DNA of 21,850 nucleotides from Oligoflexales bacterium (GTDB lineage Bacteria; Bdellovibrionota_B; Oligoflexia; Oligoflexales; Bog-1112): NCBI GenBank assembly GCA_045106415.1, contig JBGCEP010000058.1, positions 1 to 21,850 of the forward strand, read 5' to 3'. Shown piece by piece: positions 16,977 to 21,850 of this stretch (position 1 is its first letter; each line of letters starts with the position of its first letter). The notes under the pieces were generated by a model. It saw only the letters and a program-made list of their open reading frames with translations, ran no database searches and was not told where the DNA came from. The position numbers and the translations under genes were made by a program.

Positions 16977-19900
16977 TCAAAATGAAGCACAGATATCGTC
17001 AGCGCTCGTAAATCGACCTTCTTGAGCGTGACAATTTCTTTTAACCTCATCCACAGTGAGAGCTCTATTATAAAGTTGTATTCCTCCTAGCTCCATATCA
17101 CACTCTTCTGTAAACGTATCACCAGGTCGATCTGCTATGTACATGTAGTCAGCATCAAATGTAAAATCTGAGACTACTGTTTTCGATATTTCTGGTACTC
17201 CGTTAACATAAAGAATTAGTGGATCACCAGATCGAGAAGAAAAGACTAATGTCACGTGATACCAATTTGAATTATCAGCAACGCCAGTTGTCGATCCAGT
17301 ATGTTGACCATCAGCATCGTAGAAAAACAGTGATGAACCTGATCCAGGTCCAGGGTTCCAATCAATACGAAGAGAGCCTGTACCTGAAAGTTTAAGCAAT
17401 CCACAAGATCCCGGTGAAGCTCCATTCGATCCGCCATCACCTAGCCAGCTTCCATCTGATTTCAACCAGAAAGAAACACTGCCCTGCGTCGAGCCTCCCT
17501 CACTCCCAAGATCGACTGTAATCCGATCATCATCGCTTATTCCTGATAAACGGAAACGATAAGGGTCAGAAGGAATACCAGTCCCCTGCCAACCTTCATT
17601 ACCCGCTCCACAATTATCCATAGCCCCCATAGTCACAGGTAAGTTACTTGGTGAGAGGTCATACCAATCCGTATGGAGGTCACTGCAGTCAGAAGCTGCA
17701 ACTCCAGGAAACCTTAAACCATCGACAGCATTTGCCGGATCCAAGTTAAGATAAAGTCCCTCGGTCACAATGTCTTCAACTGGCGTTTTTCTGAACCGGT
17801 TTGCTTGAGCCATAAAGTTATCTTTGATTTGAGAAGCACTCAAATCATCAGAATAGAAGCGCATAGGGCCATACGCTGAGTTCTGGTGGTTTAAACCGCC
17901 ACTTCTTTTACCAATATAGTTATCAGTCCTTGTGGTATTGACAATAGAAGTTAAGCTTGTTGTACTTGCTGTTTCAATGCCATTAAAATAAAGCTTTGAG
18001 GTTGTTCCATCATCAGTCACCGCATAGTAAGCCCATTGATCAATGACAATAGAAGTTTGATTATTAAAAGAATTACTACTTGATGTATTACTCACATGAA
18101 CAAAAGAATTTGCTCCTGAGCCATTCTGACCCATTTCAATAGAGTTATAATTATAGCTCTCACCCAGAGACCAAGCTGTATCCAAATCTGTTTGTCGATC
18201 AATTCGCATCCACCCATCATAAGTGAACCCCGCACTTAAATCTTGAGAGATCGTTCCAAGGGCCACTTGGTCATTACTTCCATCTAGAGTCATGTGATAT
18301 GGAGAAGAGATGCCTCCATCACGCGCTCCTGATCCCTGCCACCCATTTTCACCAGAAGCGCAATCATCAAAATTTTCAAGAATATTACCATTAATATTTC
18401 CCGACAGATCCTTAAAAACAAGAGGGGCATCAGAACAATCTGCAGAAGAAAGCCCAGGGAACCCCCGACCCTGTGCATGAGCTGGATCAAGATGTAAAAA
18501 TAAATCAGCTGTGACAATCGGCTCAACCGGAAGAATAAAATCAGATATAGACAAACTCGAAGATGTGAAACCTTGCAGAAGAATCTCAAAATCCGAGCTC
18601 CGATCCCCATCGTAATCTATTTGCACAAGCGTATTGACACCAGACTGCGACCAAATGAGCGTATCAGGCTCTCCGAGAAATTCTCCTCCATGGCCTTTTA
18701 CAGTGATATCTGCACGTAAATCCGCAAGATCAATCTTATCGTTTTCTGAAGTATCAAAATCAGTGATGATATCACGACTTGAAGCAGGGGAAGCAGAAGC
18801 ATTACTCCAAACAAATCTATCGGCACCAGCACCACCAGTCAGGGTGTCAGAGCCAATAGTTAAACCATCTAAGGCCATTCCATATTTCATTGAGAAGTAT
18901 CTCTCAACTTGACCTCGCTGAGTTGTGTTGAGTGCAGCGCTAAACACCATGATTTCACCCATATCACCATTGAAGTGTCGTGTAGCAGCAAATCCTGTTT
19001 TTGACGTAACACCAATAGTAAAAGGACCACCACCTGCTGTTCTTGTAGGATTTTCATTAATTTCAGCAGCTCCTAATTGAGCTACTGATGCTAAAGATCC
19101 AGTCCCACCTAAAGTTCCATTAACATAAGCCGACTGTTGATTTCCAAAATTATAAACATTAGAAAAAATCACACTCTCAGGGCATGGGCAACTCAAAAAG
19201 TTTGCACTCCCACCATTTCCATTTAGAACATTACTAAACCCATAATCTGTCGAATATACTATTCCATAGGAGTAACCTGCGTAAAATCCAAAATCAACGA
19301 CAAAAGGAACCTCTGAGCCTTCTCTAGCGTCAGATCGAAGAACAGACATAATTGTCAATCCACCATCAGCAGCTGACGAGAACAAGTAATTCGAACCAAG
19401 GGTTAGATGCTCACCTGCTGAAAAAGCCAGACCTGGCTGTCCATTAAAGCCACTTACAGATTGCTTATAAGTTGGAGGTGTCCCAGTAGAGGATGCATCA
19501 AAACCACTCTCCGAGCGATCTTTCCATAATATGACAGAATCTCCATCATGGAGCTTTGTGTCACCATCTGCCACATGTTCAGCGTCCACCCAAAACTTTA
19601 AATTAGAAATACTACCTTTATTAAATGTCTCAAAGTCTGGATAAAGAACATCATCTCCATCCCCACCATTTAAAGTATCTCCATCATACCCACCAACAAG
19701 GATATCATCACCACTATAGCCGGATATCGTATCCTCATCATCACCCCCTGTTAAAGTATCTGAGCCGTCATCTCCATCAAGAGTATTTTGATTTGAGTTT
19801 AAAACAACAGCATTACCAAACTTAAAATCACCTACAAGTAAATTGCTGTGTGTAAACGATGATAATTGAATAGCCCAATTTGCTGTACCATCACCGTTCC

Positions 19901-21850
19901 AGTCTCCTTCGATAAGGGTATTCCCAGAAGAGTTTGACCATCTCAGCTCAGATTCCCCTGTTGAAGTGAAACTTGAAGTGCCAATGACATAAAATTTAAA
20001 AGGAATACCACTTAAATCAATCTTATCGTTTTCTCCACCAGAAACACCGCTAAAATCAGTAATAACATCTGGATTACTTGCATCAGTAAAAGTCTGGTAA
20101 CTAAAAACAAAAGTATCTGCACCTGCACCACCTGTAAGAGTATCTGCAGACAATGCCGTTTGTGTTGATGCAATCATTTTTAATCCATGACGATTCGCTA
20201 AAGCTTGTCGAACAGCTTCGACATGATAATCGCTTAAATTTTGATTAAAAATCAAAATTTCACTTATATAACCATGGAAATATAACTCAGGAGTTGTTAA
20301 CTCTGTTTTACCCGCACCAACTCTGGTTGGGTAAACAGTATTGGGAACATAACAGTTCGAACACGAAACCCCAGAACCATCGAAGTATTTATCCGCAGTC
20401 GTTGCATTTAAGCTCATTTCTAACAAATTGGGCTGACCTACTTGAGGAACCAGATTTGTGCTTCCACCTGAATCAGTACTTCCATCCCCTGTCCTAGCAT
20501 TCCAATAACCAGAGCTATTGTGGTAAAAGTAATAACCACTCCACCCTGATGATCCCACACGTGAAGTCAATGGAGATCTATCACCACTATCATCACGATG
20601 AGAATCTGCAACAACAAAAATATCCGTGGTTGCTAGATTTAAGTTTGAAGTATGCGCTCTTTCAAAGTACGAATTTGACCCATTAAAATAAAAGCCACCA
20701 CGGCCTTGAGCATCGCTCCGTTTCCAAATAGCTCCATCGCCATCAGAAAAATCATACCCTTTTGTCGATTTATCTACCCAAGTTGTAAGTAAAGCTCCAT
20801 CTACAGGGTTTACACCACTTCCGTAAGGGTCTGCACCGTCTAACCAAAGCATCATCCCTTCATTTGCACGAAGATAGTCAAAGTAATCGTAAGTGGAGGA
20901 AAAGTCAGGATACAGGATGTCATTGCCCGCGCCACCATTTATTGTATCACCGCCAAAACCACCTGATATCGTATTTGCACTATCATCACCAGTAAGAACA
21001 TCAGCAACATTTGCGCTTGCATCAACAGTGACAACGCTCGAACTTACAGATCGAGTCACTTGAGAAGCATTCGTTACTCCATTGTGATAATCAATTTCAA
21101 TCGTATCAGACTTAGAGCCTATCGTTGTTGCTGTAAGCCTCACCACATAAGCACAGTTCGCCAAAGGATCTAGAGATGCTCCACAAGTTGTGCTCGTTGC
21201 ACTCCATTCTCCTGCAAGACCTGTGATATTAATACTTGTAGCAGACGTCTCTCCAGTGTTTGATACTGTGTATGTAATATCTTTAGTCTCGTTCAAAACC
21301 CAAGTTCCGTGTGCTGTTGGGTTATCAATAACAATAAGGGCAACAGTCTTCCCTGTTCCAACAACAGCTCGATCTATCTGTGTGGCTGCTACTGCCCCAT
21401 TATGATAATTGATGGCCAAGGTTGCGTTTTCTACCCCTGAATCTACAGGCAAAAACCTAACAATATAAGTACAGTCATCGCCTGCAGCCAAATCCGCCCC
21501 ACATGTGCCACCATTACGGGACCATTCCCCAGAAAGACCTGTAAATGCGATAGAGTTCGCTGCATAACCACCAGAGTTCGTCACTGTATACGTCACATCA
21601 GATGTCCCTCCCACGGGTACATCACCATGAGCTGCTGGACTATCAAAAGCAAGACTCGCAACACTAACACCTGTGGCGCTCACTCCTTTTGTGACTTGAG
21701 TCGCTGCTGCCACTCCATTGTGGTAATCAAGAAGAACAGTATCGGCTTCAGCACCTGTGTCTGCTGCACTAAACCTAACAATATAAGTACAGTCATCGCC
21801 TGCAGCCAAATCCGCCCCACATGTGCCACCGTTACGGGACCATTCCCCAG
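16977..21850 (-). CDS. Giant surface protein/adhesin, 5' end outside window: Ig-like (ASH/choice-of-anchor D type) repeats, RTX Ca-binding nonapeptides, serralysin C-terminal-like domains, four LamG-like domains
   Basis: Frame stays open past 21809 to the window end (GEWSRNGGTCGADL). Contains GGxGxDxL repeats, DxITDF...DKIDL...DxDGD modules, and LamG-like WLDGAD/WVDAE/LHLDP/LNLDP...LY[FV]NG/YNRAL segments. Confidence 0.92.
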   Translation of the reverse strand, partial: GEWSRNGGTCGADLAAGDDCTYIVRFSAADTGAEADTVLLDYHNGVAAATQVTKGVSATGVSVASLAFDSPAAHGDVPVGGTSDVTYTVTNSGGYAANSIAFTGLSGEWSRNGGTCGADLAAGDDCTYIVRFLPVDSGVENATLAINYHNGAVAATQIDRAVVGTGKTVALIVIDNPTAHGTWVLNETKDITYTVSNTGETSATSINITGLAGEWSATSTTCGASLDPLANCAYVVRLTATTIGSKSDTIEIDYHNGVTNASQVTRSVSSSVVTVDASANVADVLTGDDSANTISGGFGGDTINGGAGNDILYPDFSSTYDYFDYLRANEGMMLWLDGADPYGSGVNPVDGALLTTWVDKSTKGYDFSDGDGAIWKRSDAQGRGGFYFNGSNSYFERAHTSNLNLATTDIFVVADSHRDDSGDRSPLTSRVGSSGWSGYYFYHNSSGYWNARTGDGSTDSGGSTNLVPQVGQPNLLEMSLNATTADKYFDGSGVSCSNCYVPNTVYPTRVGAGKTELTTPELYFHGYISEILIFNQNLSDYHVEAVRQALANRHGLKMIASTQTALSADTLTGGAGADTFVFSYQTFTDASNPDVITDFSGVSGGENDKIDLSGIPFKFYVIGTSSFTSTGESELRWSNSSGNTLIEGDWNGDGTANWAIQLSSFTHSNLLVGDFKFGNAVVLNSNQNTLDGDDGSDTLTGGDDEDTISGYSGDDILVGGYDGDTLNGGDGDDVLYPDFETFNKGSISNLKFWVDAEHVADGDTKLHDGDSVILWKDRSESGFDASSTGTPPTYKQSVSGFNGQPGLAFSAGEHLTLGSNYLFSSAADGGLTIMSVLRSDAREGSEVPFVVDFGFYAGYSYGIVYSTDYGFSNVLNGNGGSANFLSCPCPESVIFSNVYNFGNQQSAYVNGTLGGTGSLASVAQLGAAEINENPTRTAGGGPFTIGVTSKTGFAATRHFNGDMGEIMVFSAALNTTQRGQVERYFSMKYGMALDGLTIGSDTLTGGAGADRFVWSNASASPASSRDIITDFDTSENDKIDLADLRADITVKGHGGEFLGEPDTLIWSQSGVNTLVQIDYDGDRSSDFEILLQGFTSSSLSISDFILPVEPIVTADLFLHLDPAHAQGRGFPGLSSADCSDAPLVFKDLSGNINGNILENFDDCASGENGWQGSGARDGGISSPYHMTLDGSNDQVALGTISQDLSAGFTYDGWMRIDRQTDLDTAWSLGESYNYNSIEMGQNGSGANSFVHVSNTSSSNSFNNQTSIVIDQWAYYAVTDDGTTSKLYFNGIETASTTSLTSIVNTTRTDNYIGKRSGGLNHQNSAYGPMRFYSDDLSASQIKDNFMAQANRFRKTPVEDIVTEGLYLNLDPANAVDGLRFPGVAASDCSDLHTDWYDLSPSNLPVTMGAMDNCGAGNEGWQGTGIPSDPYRFRLSGISDDDRITVDLGSEGGSTQGSVSFWLKSDGSWLGDGGSNGASPGSCGLLKLSGTGSLRIDWNPGPGSGSSLFFYDADGQHTGSTTGVADNSNWYHVTLVFSSRSGDPLILYVNGVPEISKTVVSDFTFDADYMYIADRPGDTFTEECDMELGGIQLYNRALTVDEVKRNCHAQEGRFTSADDICASF
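21453..21850. repeat. Intragenic 318-bp-period repeat (106-aa Ig unit)
   Basis: 21453-21532 matches 21771-21850 at 79/80 nt (mismatch 21513/21831); a third, diverged copy lies one period further downstream in the gene. Confidence 0.92.

Noticed and set aside
4146..21405. Other short ORFs nested in or antisense to the long CDSs (e.g. 4146-4337, 5724-5990, 7147-7356, 13090-13359, 18290-18610, 19625-19825)
   Set aside because: Alternate-frame shadows of well-supported genes with no independent evidence.
21453..21850. Near-identical repeat pair as a diversity-generating retroelement TR/VR
   Set aside because: Only one mismatch, in-frame domain periodicity, and no reverse transcriptase in the window.

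Overview
AT-rich bacterial chromosomal window. The Cys-rich orphan lipoproteins and TCG..LAAG..C Ig repeats suggest an Oligoflexia/Bdellovibrionota-like host, which is inference only. The left end (1-2930) is a decaying mobile/defence island: an IS66 inserted into a serine resolvase, a res site, a DUF4258-like toxin with an MqsA/YgiT-like Zn-ribbon-HTH antitoxin, a frameshifted AbiEi with no recognisable AbiEii, and a pseudogene missed by the ORF track that fuses hexapeptide (LbH) repeats to a eukaryote-type C-terminal RING-HC finger. Next come a 1217-aa secreted protein with atypical kinase-like motifs, a degenerate MCP-like membrane protein, a metazoan-like glutaminase, an IS5 relic next to an IS66-derived inverted-repeat mini-element, a secreted GDPD, three orphan secreted/lipoprotein genes, queE, a Ser/Thr kinase relic and a small lipoprotein. 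The window ends in the 3' part of a giant Ig/RTX/LamG surface protein. No rRNA, tRNA or CRISPR array was seen. All family calls come from motif recognition by eye, not from database searches.
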